NCBI RefSeq assembly: GCF_009914755.1
Contig: NC_060942.1
From: the human T2T-CHM13v2.0 reference genome, Homo sapiens
DNA: 64,000 nucleotides
Direction: 5' to 3' (one strand)
The position numbers and the translations under genes are program-made. Positions 40,846 through 50,936 of the stretch are shown piece by piece; the first letter of the stretch is position 1, and every line of letters begins with the position of its first letter. The notes under the pieces are model-generated. The model was not told where the DNA came from, made no database searches, and worked only from the letters and a program-made list of their open reading frames with translations.

Positions 40846-41900
40846 GTGGTGTTCTCTGTTACATCTACAGTACTGAGTTCATCAATCTGGCCAGTAAAAA
40901 AACCTGATGGATCCTATGTGATCAACGTGGACTACCACAAACTTAACCAAATGGCAACTCCAGTCTCAGACTCTGTGGTAGATGTGGTATCCTTGCTGGA
41001 CTCTGGTTTGTGGTATGGCTATGGAGTTAGTGAATGCATTCTTTTCTATACCCATCATAAAGGAGGGCCAGAATCTGCTTGTATTCACTGGGAAGGGTGG
41101 GCAGTTTGCACCCACAGCCCTGCTCCATGGTTGTGTTATCTCCATCACAATACAGCCTGAAGGGGCTGGACCCTCTGGGCATTCCAGAGTATCCTGTTGG
41201 TCCATTACATTGATGACATGTTTATAGGACATGATTAGCAGAAAGTGGTGACCATCCTGGTTGTGCTTCATAGGGTAGGAGATAAACTCTACAAGGTTTG
41301 AGGGGCCTGGTATACTGGTGATTTTTCAGGGATCCAGAGATCTGGGGTGGGCCAGGCTGTTCACTCTTAGGTAAAAGACATGTTATGACATCTTGGACCT
41401 TCTTCCATTAAGAAAGAAGATGGACTTGTAGGCATATTAAGGTTTTGAAGACAGCACATGTCATATTTGGAAATACTCTATTGGCCCACTTATCAAACGA
41501 CTTGCAAAATGACCATTTCAAGTGGGCTTAGAGCAACAGAGGCTCTGTAGAAGGTCCGAACTGCAGTGCACACAACACTGCCTCTTGGGCCGTATAAGTC
41601 ATCCTATTCCATGCTGCTGGATGTACCTGCCATAGATGTAAATATCATGTGGAATCACTAGCTGGGCCCAATATGAGGGTTGCAGTGCACATTTCTGGAG
41701 TTCTGGATCGAAGCCAGGCCCCCTGCAGCAGAGGGACATGTGGAAAGCATCTCTTGGCTTGGTCCTGGGCCTTGGTGGAGACTGAGCGTCTGGCCATAGG
41801 CATCACATGACCACTCAGGCAGAGTTGTTCATCAAGAGCTGGCTGTTTTTAGACTCACCAAATCATAAGATTGGACAAGCATGGCAACAATTTTCATGGG
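40846..41900 (+). pseudogene. Decayed ERVL pol (reverse transcriptase) remnant
   Basis: Frameshifted pieces SSIWPVKKPDGSY..VDYHKLNQ, ELVNAFFSIPI, LVHYIDDMFIG (YIDD at 41206-41217) and ELFIKSWLFLDSPNHKIG match class III/ERVL RT motifs; multiple stops. Confidence 0.9.
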
Positions 41901-42107
41901 AGCAAATAGATATGCCCCAATGCATGGAGATGATGAATGTAAGTTATAGTCTTAGACCAATGGCTGCAATGGGAGCTATAGGTCATCCCACTAACCTTCT
42001 CCTTGTCAATTTCCCCCAGACATTGTGACTAACAACCACCTTGAAGATGTCATGACAGTATAAAGCAAACGTAATGTGAGTGGATTTAAGCAAAGCAAGG
42101 GGTGAAG

Positions 42108-42611
42108 TGAAATGAATATTGTCAGTGCTTCTCCCATATTCCCTAGAATCCCCACCTGATGACTTTCCCCTTGCCCCCACCCCAACATCTGGATGGTTTG
42201 CCTTTGATGACTGCTACCTGCAATGCTTCTTTGAAAGATGGCCTTTGGGCTACTGGAGTCACTTTTATTACATGTGCAGAGAGCTGGAATTACCTAGGAG
42301 TTTCTGTTCCCTTGATGCAGACCTTAGCCAATGACTGAGAAGTTCAAGAGTACAGAAACTCAGCTCCAATGTTTCAGATCAAGACAACTCCTAGGTATAC
42401 TTCACACTTCTGAATTATCCTGAAGGACCAGGCTGGAACACTTGCTGTAGGATTTTGCCTGAAATTACATCCCTGTTTGGCCTTCCCCCTTCCCCACCTT
42501 GATTCCTTCTTTTTTTCATTATTTTCTCCAGGGAACACTTTCTTAATAAATAAGTCATTGCACGTGAAGTCTTATCTCAAGTTCTGCTTTCGGTAAAACT
42601 GAGCTATGACA
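42108..42611 (+). mobile_element. 3' LTR (LTR16-type, ERVL)
   Basis: Homologous to 38126-38632 ('agccaatgactga', 'ttcttaataaat', 'tctcaagttctgcttt...ctatgaca'). Confidence 0.85.
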
Positions 42612-42860
42612 CTGTCTCTTCTTCTTAACCAGGATTTAAGATTCTAGAGGGCTGAGATGGTTTCTTACAAATTCTTGAGTTTTCAATCATTGTGTGCAGT
42701 ACAAGGCATGGATGTCATAGACAACCATTTGAGTCTCAACAAAATCCTTGAATCACTGTAACAAACTTTAAACAATTATATATTTATATATAATTTACAG
42801 GAAATGAAATATTTGCTTACTAAATTGAGATGTGATTTGCCTTTTTTTTTTTTTTTGCAG

Positions 42861-42965
42861 AATGATGGGAAGCTATTCATTTTTGAAATCTTCATTTTAT
42901 TTTGACATCTTCCAGCATGATTCAGATACTACTCATTACAAAGGGTCCATCACTTTCTCATTAAG
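42861..42965 (+). other. Candidate spliced exon
   Basis: Branch-like 'tactaaat', poly-T tract ending 'gcag|', donor 'AAG|gtgagg'; 105 nt, one frame open. Motif evidence only. Confidence 0.35.
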
Positions 42966-43569
42966 GTGAGGAATGACACAAAAGAAATGCCTCATGGCAA
43001 TAAAAATTTATTTTTAAAGTAAAGTTTGATTTTCTAAGATCTCACCGCATACAAATGAATTTCCCTTTCCACTTGGCTATCACAATATTCACAGAAAATT
43101 ACAATAAGATGAATCATTCACATCAGTCAGAAATTCATGATTTTAAGATCTCATACAATGCCTCTGATAAGATAATGTGTAAGGAAAGAACATAATTGAA
43201 GTAGCAGACAAGGTTCTCCCTTTGATAAAGATGACAAAACCCTCCCATCAAAAATATGGGAACCTTCATTACCCATTCTCATTCCAAACGTTTTTAAAAG
43301 ATATATTCTTGACTTACTTTGGTAATATGATATATGTGTGTGATGGAAGAGAAGTTGATCTTCTGAAAAATAACAGTTTCAGAAAGTAATGTGAACAGCA
43401 AATGGGGCAATGAACTGAAATACATTGGGAGGAAAGATGCTCTCCTAAGTGTGAGCAGAGCCAAATCCACGCCCTGTGGAAGGTAGGCAAATACTGAGAA
43501 ATACGCAGTGAGCGAATCTTCACTGGCATTGCCACGACATTGTTCTGGCCTCTCACCTTGTGTTCATGC

Positions 43570-44220
43570 CATAGATTTGCACCTTCTGTCCCTACCTGAG
43601 GTTCGTCCTCACCCCTAAGTTCTGGTCAGTGAATTGGGAGCAGAATGCTGTGTGTCACTTTTGGGTTGGAGCATTTGGTGGCCTGTGGGAGACCCCCTAG
43701 AGCTCTCTTTCCCTCTGCCATGGCAGCTGGAAATGTGGGAGATTGTGGCAACATTGTCAACCTGGAACCCAAAGCAGGGACCATGCTGAGCTCAGCGCCA
43801 CCTTTAGCTAAAGTGAGGATACAGTGGGAATAAGAAAAAAAGTGTTGAGATGTGGGTCAAAGGTTCCAAGTTTCAGTTAGAAGAGAGGAATAAATTTTAG
43901 TGGTCTATTGCACAGCATGGTGACCATAGTTTATAGTAGTTTATTATCTATTTTAAAATTGCTAAAATAGTAGATTTAAAATATTCTCATCAGGAAGAAA
44001 ATTAAAAGTGGGTGAGGTGATAGGTATAATTAGCTTGATTTAATCTTTCAACAACATAGACATATTTCCAAACATAACATTGTACTGCATAAATGTGTAC
44101 AATTAATCTGTGTCAATTGAAAACTTACATTTTTAAAAAAAGAAAAAAATATTTGTAATGTTAAGCTACTGAGATAATCAGATTTTTTTTCACGGAATAC
44201 CAGCCCATCTTGCCTAATCT
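43570..44220 (+). mobile_element. Old MLT1 (H/I/J-like) LTR interrupted by an L1MA 3' end
   Basis: 'gaattgggagcagaatgctgtgtgtcacttttggg...ctctttccctctgccatggcag'; resumes 'tgttaagctactgagat...cccatcttgcctaat'. Confidence 0.7.
43845..44150 (+). mobile_element. L1MA (8/9-like) 3' end
   Basis: 'tctattgcacagcatggtgaccatagtt...aaaattgctaaaatagtagatttaaaatattctcatca...gtgaggtgataggtat', A tail, 'aagaaaaaaa' on both flanks. Confidence 0.85.
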
Positions 44221-44559
44221 GGAAGGTAATGTTTACCTTCCCCTTGATTTCCTACCATTCTTCCCTAACTCCCTCCCCTTCTACAGTTCTTCCAGTCAGT
44301 CCCCCAGGCTCCCAGGAGTTCTGTCTCTCATTCCTCCAAACAAAACTTATTGAGAAATTAATTTATACTAGGGCATAATGAAGCTTAATTTATTGTATCT
44401 TTCTGTGGTATTTTTGTAAGTAAGGACAAAATTTAAGGCAAATAAATACATAATGGGTAAACAGATAGAAGACAGACAAACACATTGTAGGGAAAAGAAG
44501 CTCTGGCATTGTGAAATTATCTGCACAAGTCTTCCATCACTGGTCTGCTGTAAGCATTA

Positions 44560-44790
44560 GCAGAGCATTAGGATTCAAACATAGACTCTGGTACTAGGCA
44601 GAACTGGGTAGAAATGCTCTTACTGTCATTAGTTTTGTGACATTAGCAAAGTCATATTAATACGTAAGCCTTAGTTCCACATCTGTGAAATGGACAAATG
44701 CATATGACTTGGGGTTTATATGAAGATTTAGTGGAAGTAATGTACATGTTCTTTGCTGAGTGTCTAATAGTTATAAATAAATCTTTTTAT
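44560..44790 (+). mobile_element. MIR SINE
   Basis: 'agactctggtactaggcagaactgggt...gccttagttccacatctgtgaaatgg'. Confidence 0.7.
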
Positions 44791-45242
44791 TATCGCTCTC
44801 CCTATTACCTAACAATCTCTTTCACTCCATTGTATGATCAAAAACGTAAAGGGTATTATCATTTATATTTTTATTCATGATCACTTTGGAAATTCCCCTT
44901 ACTTTTCATGGTTAGTTGCCATGTGTACTGAGTGCTGTCAGATCTTTAATTTCTCAGAGCTATTCCTCTCCTGTCTAAATGAGGAAAATCAGTCTCATTT
45001 TTAAAAAATCCATAGCCTATATGTCTTATAGATATATTTTAATTCTTTTTTTCTCCATAGAAGGCTAAAGGCTTAGCCCATATATTCCTTGGCATTTTCC
45101 AGCAATCAAGTGGATCATGCAGTTTCCCTGGGTCACAAGACAGTTCATGACAGCGTTGCTCAGTTTTATACCATCCGCTAGCCAGATAATGAATTTACAG
45201 AAGAATCCAAGACAGAGGGAAGAAGGTTTTAATTTCACTCTA

Positions 45243-45630
45243 AATATACATATACATACACACACATATACACACATACATACATATATACACACAGATA
45301 TATATATATACACACACATACATACATATACACACAAATATTTTGTACATAATATGGGGAAGAAAGCTATGGAAGAAAGGTATTAAAAGGAGAGTAGGAA
45401 GGAAAATGAAAGATAAACATTGCCTTCCATATCAGGCAAGATGGGCTGGTATTTTGTAGGAACAATCTCATATATATGTATACATAATATATACATATAT
45501 AGTGTGTATATATATATATGCACACTATTCTACTATATATTATAGTGGAATATATATTATATGTAGTATACATGCTAGTATATATAGTGTGTATATATAT
45601 AGCATATATAGTATATATACTAGTGTATAT
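45243..45630. repeat. Two low-complexity tracts: (CA/TA)n at 45243-45337 and TA-rich fold-back tract at 45469-45630
   Basis: Seen directly; the second contains internal palindromes such as 'atagtgtg(ta)n..cacactat'. Confidence 0.9.
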
Positions 45631-45631
45631 G

Positions 45632-45735
45632 GCCAAAGTGGCCAGCACTGACCAGAATGAGGTCATGGAGTCCAGTAAGTGAGAAGATCCAACAGGGAGG
45701 AGTGAAGGGCTGGCAGTTCTCAGACGATCAGAAAG
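45632..45735 (+). repeat. Dispersed 104-bp direct copy of 32407-32510
   Basis: Gapless hand alignment gives 85/104 identical. Confidence 0.93.
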
Positions 45736-46028
45736 TATACATGGTAATCTTTGGTAATGAGGACAATATGATCATTTGTTGCTTTTTAAAATAAATTTCA
45801 TAGATATTTCAGGTTTTAAAAATTCCTCAAAAATGCACAGTAGTTCCACTTCATCTCTTTGGTACATCTTTCCAACATCCCATGGGCCCTCAACTCACTA
45901 AGTGAGGGCAGTTCATATATCTAAAAGTCTAACCCCCTAGGAAAATGTTTTCCATGCATATTGTGAAACTATGTCCATGAATTATTCTAAAAGAGAGTGA
46001 TTAAATTAAATAAACACACTTTAAAGAT

Positions 46029-46074
46029 ATTACTTTTAAATGCCAAAAACTGCAATTAGTTTTGCACTAACCTA
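46029..46074. mobile_element. Half MADE1 (Hsmar1-derived MITE): spacer plus one TIR
   Basis: 'attacttttaaatgccaaaaactgcaattagttttgcactaaccta' then TA, versus recalled MADE1 'ATTACTTTTAATGGCAAAAACCGCAATTACTTTTGCACCAACCTAA'. Confidence 0.85.
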
Positions 46075-46189
46075 TACTATATATATATATGGATGGATAT
46101 AGTAGAATCAGGTCTGACTTCCAAAGTGAGTTTAACTTATCTTTTGGATTAAGATTTTAACCATGATAATATATGGTGGAGGTTTTCAA

Positions 46190-46420
46190 AATTTTGAAAA
46201 TGGGATTGTGAGTCAGAAAAATCCAGGTTTACGCTTCCTTACCGGTCATGTGACCTTGAATAGTTCAGTTTTATGAAAGTGAGTTTAATTTCTTTACATA
46301 TTAAAAATGGGAGTAATAGCTGTCTTCTTAATGTTATAGCTTCTTCCTAGATATCAAATGACATATATATGTGGAATACTATACAAATGAGGCAACTGTT
46401 ATCATGCTTATTATCTTGAG
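46190..46420 (+). mobile_element. MIR SINE in the inverted-repeat spacer
   Basis: 'gagtcagaaaaatccaggttt...tgtgaccttgaa...aaaatgggagtaatagc'. Confidence 0.6.
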
Positions 46421-48640
46421 GGAGGTCTGTGTCATGTACAGAGTAAACAAGTGGATTGGCTGAGTGGGATTAAGAGCATGAGAATCTTAAGGCTAATAAT
46501 TTCATTTTGGTTGGTTCAAGTCAGAACTTGAGTTAGTGTCTTTAAAATGTATTAGTTTAATCACTCCCTTTTAAAATAATTCATTGACACAGTTTCACAA
46601 TTTGCATGGAAAACATTTTCCTAGGGGTTTAGACTTTTAGATATATGAATGCCCTTATCTATTGAGTTGAGGGCCCATGGATGTTGGAAAGGTGTACCCA
46701 AAAAATGAAATGGAACTACTGTGCATTTCTAAAGATTTTTTAAAAATTAAAATGCCGATGAAATTTATTTTAAAAAGCAACAAAAGAGTGTATTGTCCTC
46801 ATTACCGAGGATTACCACATTCTAAAATGACTTTCCTTTTAGAAGAAAGGCTTTTCATTCCCCCATCCCCCCTTTCTCTCCCCACACCCACCGTGAGTGT
46901 GTTTGTCTAGAATGTTGGCCAAGCCACAGTTTAAACCCGTAAGAGACTGTTCTTTTATTATGACTTAATTCAATACAGGCTTAACTAATCTAAAACTTTT
47001 TTGTTTTTCAGAGTAATCCTAATACATTTGCACTGGAGCCAAAACCTTCTACTGTGTTTTCAGCAGAATGCAAACGAATGGCACTGATCAAATCTCTTTA
47101 AACTGGGAGGGAGCCTGTGGTGGGAACACAGGCCCCTTAGTTGTAGTGACATTGATGATAGTGGGGGAAAGCTTGTCATTTGGCGACTAGTAAGAAAAGC
47201 AGAGGGTTTCTCAGTCATGGCTTCTTGCTTAGGACTGGATGGGGACTGAGGAGCATCACTCCAACAATGTATGACTGATGAGGACAAATTGAGAAACCGC
47301 GGCTTAGTGCCCATCCTCATGAGAGAAGGCAAAATATAGGCCACATGTCCCCCAAATTCCGGATGCTTGGAAGACAAGAGCCTACAGAAATGCCAAATGG
47401 ATTCTTAGCATATTTTACAGCAGCTTTGAATAATGTTTTCCTTTTTCATTCCTAATGAATCTAAGCTTTCTTTAAATATATATATTTTTCCCTTCTGCAT
47501 AAAATCTTTCTGAAAGGACTGATGGATGAGAATTCATAGGTAAGTTCTTTAAGTTCTTTTTTTAATTCTGATTTTTCTTTCATTCCCCTGCATTTGGAGA
47601 GTCTTTCAAACTCCCAATTTTAATGGAAATAAAGTTTGGTAATTCGGGATTTTTCTGTTGCCCACAAGAATCCCCAAATGAGTGTTTGCTCTGTCAGACC
47701 CTGTACATCGCAGCAACCTCAAACATAAAAATGCACTATTTCCAAAGCTAATGTCCTTCAAGGTTCATTATGGTGGGTAAACTTTAGTGGTTCAAATGCT
47801 CATGATACACACTGTAGAAGAGTTTGCACATTTGAAATCATACTCCACCTCGCAACAGCAAACAGAAAATGCCAAAGGAATGTAAGATACAGAATGATCA
47901 AAATAATTTTCATATTATTCACTCCAGGAAAAATGGTTTCTTTGGTTAAAAAGTGTAAATTGCTGGTCAGCTTAATCTTCTAAGATTGATGGCAAGTACA
48001 GCTGCCATATTGAGTCGGAAAAATAAACTTTGACTCAAACACAAATGTGGTTTTGCCAGCTCGTGTTTAGGGTAAGCCACAACTTTCAGTGTCTCTGGAT
48101 AGACACAACCATACTCCTTTCCAACTATCTTACTCTGAATTCCTAATTCTTGCAGTTTATTTTCTCTTCATATGACTCAAGAAACACATTTAAAAAAATA
48201 TAATCACAAAAAGGAGGCAGGAATGTTTAAGGAGGTTTTTATTTGTGTTTGTTTTGCTCAGTGTTTGTCCTTTTCCTGTTCCTGACAAACTGCTTTTAAA
48301 TTTCTTAAACCAGGGCCTTCTCAAGGGCAAAAGCAGAGAGTTCTGGAAGACATGATGCTTTCTGTCTTTCATAAAAAGTCTGAACTTGGAACTGAGTACA
48401 GGGATCGTGAGATGGAAGTGATAGAAAGGAAGCCCCTTCAGATCCAGAGGGAATGAACTTGCGTGGCAGCCAGGCCCACCAGGGCAGTGCCGGGCACGTG
48501 GCAAGACCCGAAGACACAGAGGCTCCACTTGCTTAGGGAGGCTGGGCCCAGCCCTGCAAACAGCTCCTGGACCCTAGGTTCAACATGAGAGCCACAGAGA
48601 GCCTCTTAGGAGACCACACAAGGAGCACAGACCAAAGACC

Positions 48641-48774
48641 AGAGCTTCCCAGGTGGCACGCCCTGCTCAGGGACCCCTGCACTGCTCCAGTCCTGGGTGG
48701 GTGAGGTGAGAGCTTCCCAGGTGGCACGCCCTGCTTGAGGGTCTCTGCACTGCTCCAGTCCTGGGTAGGTGAGG
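48641..48774. repeat. Tandem duplication, 68-bp GC-rich unit x2
   Basis: 'agagcttcccaggtggcacgccctgct...ctgcactgctccagtcctgggt.ggtgagg' at 48641 and 48709. Confidence 0.95.
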
Positions 48775-48889
48775 GGGGGACACCCTGGGATGGCTGAAGA
48801 TGGGTAAATGCGCTGTTGGCTCCTCTCAGAGTCTTGTGTAATTTGGCATTAGGAGAACAAAGGTTTGGACATTTCTTAAGCATCCTATT

Positions 48890-50060
48890 ATTTAATAGAA
48901 AAGTATGCATATTATTAAAGAAGTGAAAAAACAAAACACTTGAAAAGCTCTTGAAAGTTAATGAATGATTAAAATCACCCCTAACTTCACTACTTAGTGA
49001 TTGTTAACGTTAAGGTGTATATCTTCCTAGCTTATTTTTCTACATATAAATATATGAATATATGTATATATTTCTTAATAAGTAAGATTTTACTTGGTAC
49101 ATAATTCGGAATCATCTTCTCACATAATATGTAACAGGAACTTTTAAAGTCATTATTAAAAAGAGGTACCATTAATGGATAAATGCTATTCCATCATATG
49201 GGTTTAATCTACTTTCTGTCACACTTTCTTTGGCTGATATTGCAGCTATGTGGGATGACCTCCAATAAGCTGTGTCCATCCTGTGGTGGGATGGGCCAGA
49301 CAGAGTCCAGTTCCACCAGGGACCAAGCACATCACTGGATGTCAAGGCCATCGTTGTTGGAGAGGAGGAAGGAGCTGCTGGAGTTCCCTCTCCTGGCATT
49401 CCTCTTGGCCTTCCATAGACCAATATTTGAGCAATACCAATGGGATAGAGCCCAGGTAGCGGTGCTTCCTCCTATAGCTCTATGAGACTCAGACAGTAGA
49501 GTAGAATATAAGTCAGTCCGAATTATTATTTTCCCTACCTCTCTCTGGCTCCCTTCCATCACCCTTGAGGGTTTTTGCACAAAAGTGGTTATGCACAGTG
49601 GAAATGGCAGCAGTGGGCTCAGCACCACACTGTGGATGAGGTCCCCCCATCTAGCAGCTGCTCCCCACTAGGGCACAGTCCCTGGTCAAGGTGATGATGA
49701 TGCCTGGAGGAACCTCAGTACTCAAGGGAGTCATGCTGGGACAACCCTCATTCCTGGAAATACCTTGAGGAAGGACAAAGAGAAGAGGAATAAATGAGGA
49801 TATGCACCAATAATTGATTGGTGTGTTCACAAGCCAATGGCAGATGCTCCTCATGGATGCCCCCAGTAACAGGCCCTCTTAGGCACTGGATTCTGCACTA
49901 GTGAATGAGGACGCAGGAGAGATAGAACTCTGAAATGAGCAGCTTTGCATGACATTTGATTCTTGCATGGAGATTCTTAGGAGGAAGATTATTAGGTCCT
50001 AAGATCATGAACACATTTAAAGCTCTTGCACCATCTTACTGATTTGCAGAAAGAAACCAA
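48890..50060 (-). mobile_element. L1ME-like 3' fragments (about 48890-49230 and 49930-50060) flanking an unidentified insert
   Basis: 'ctattccatcatatgggtttaatctactt' and 'gattcttagaggaagattattaggtcctaagatcatgaacacatttaaagctcttg' resemble consecutive parts of old L1 3' ends. Confidence 0.5.
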
Positions 50061-50506
50061 CTCACATCTTTTCAGAATTTTGAGAGATTTAAATTTCACT
50101 ACATCCTTGCTAGCATTGGCAGCTAGACAGAAGGGACAAAAATGAAAAGGAGCTTCTAAGGATGAAGCTATCAGATAGGAGAATGAGAACAAACTTGAGC
50201 TGAAGTTCTGTGGAGTGGTTCGTGGCAAAGCCAGGACAAACCTCGTTCAGGAGATGGGCGTGGCGATGGCTCACTGGGTGGCACTGGCCTATTTTGGGAT
50301 GGACACCTTGGTGGCACGGGCAGTTGAGAGAGGAGGAGGTAAAAAGCTAACCTGTCACGGAAAACATGCACTCAGGCCATCATTCACACTGGAATGCAAT
50401 TTTTAAATTATAAGGTCAGACACTTACTGCAGTTGAAATACTTTGTACACATAGAGTAAAATTTCCAAAGCTGAACATCAAATTAAGGCAGATCTGACTT
50501 TACTAC

Positions 50507-50936
50507 ATATAATTGCTTCCCAGGGCTGCCATAACAATGCGTCACAACCTGGGTGCCTTAAAACAACAGAAATGTGTCCTTACAGTTTTGGAGGCTGAGA
50601 GTCTAAAACCAAGGCGCCATCAGGGGTGTGCTCCTCCCATGGCTCTAGGGAACACTTTTGCCTCTCACTCAGCTCCTGGTGGCTCCCAGCAATCCTCCGC
50701 ACTCTTGGCCTGTGGCTGCATCCTCCCAACCTCTGGCTCTGCCATCACCTGACTGTCTTCTCTCTGTGTCTGTGTGTCTTTCTCTTTGAATAAGGCCCAC
50801 CCTACTCCAGCACAACTTCCTCTTACCTTGATTTCACTGCAGCGACCCTATTTCCAAATAAGATCACATTCGCAAGTACCCCAGGTTAGCGTTTCAGCAT
50901 ATTTTGGGGGAGAGGAACATATTTTGACCCACTAAG
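50507..50936 (-). mobile_element. MLT1C-like MaLR solo LTR
   Basis: 'cagggctgccataacaa...ccttaaaacaacagaaatg...ccctatttccaaataagatcacattc'. Confidence 0.88.

Larger units (their letters stand above)
38633..42107 (+). mobile_element. ERVL internal region (ERV3-16A3-like), internally deleted
   Basis: Lies between two LTR16-type LTRs; PBS-like start, gag/pro-like degenerate sequence, RT remnants, purine-rich tract 'aagcaaagcaaggggtgaag' before the 3' LTR. Confidence 0.85.
45742..46817. repeat. Long inverted repeat: arms about 45742-46031 and 46533-46817, spacer about 500 bp
   Basis: The reverse complement of the right arm aligns with the left arm throughout (e.g. 'ttcatatatctaaaagtctaa.cccctaggaaaatgttttccatgca'); roughly 85% identity by eye. 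Confidence 0.95.

Noticed and set aside
40846-41271. Functional or domesticated reverse transcriptase
   Set aside because: Motifs are spread over different frames with stops; the first catalytic Asp position reads E; no continuous ORF.
43318-43362. 45-nt minus-strand micro-exon (also a donor at 19050)
   Set aside because: Splice motifs are present but expected by chance in 64 kb; the peptide is unrecognised and there is no supporting context.
45065-45666. His/Thr/Tyr/Ile-rich ORFs (also 34368-34652)
   Set aside because: Translations of microsatellites.
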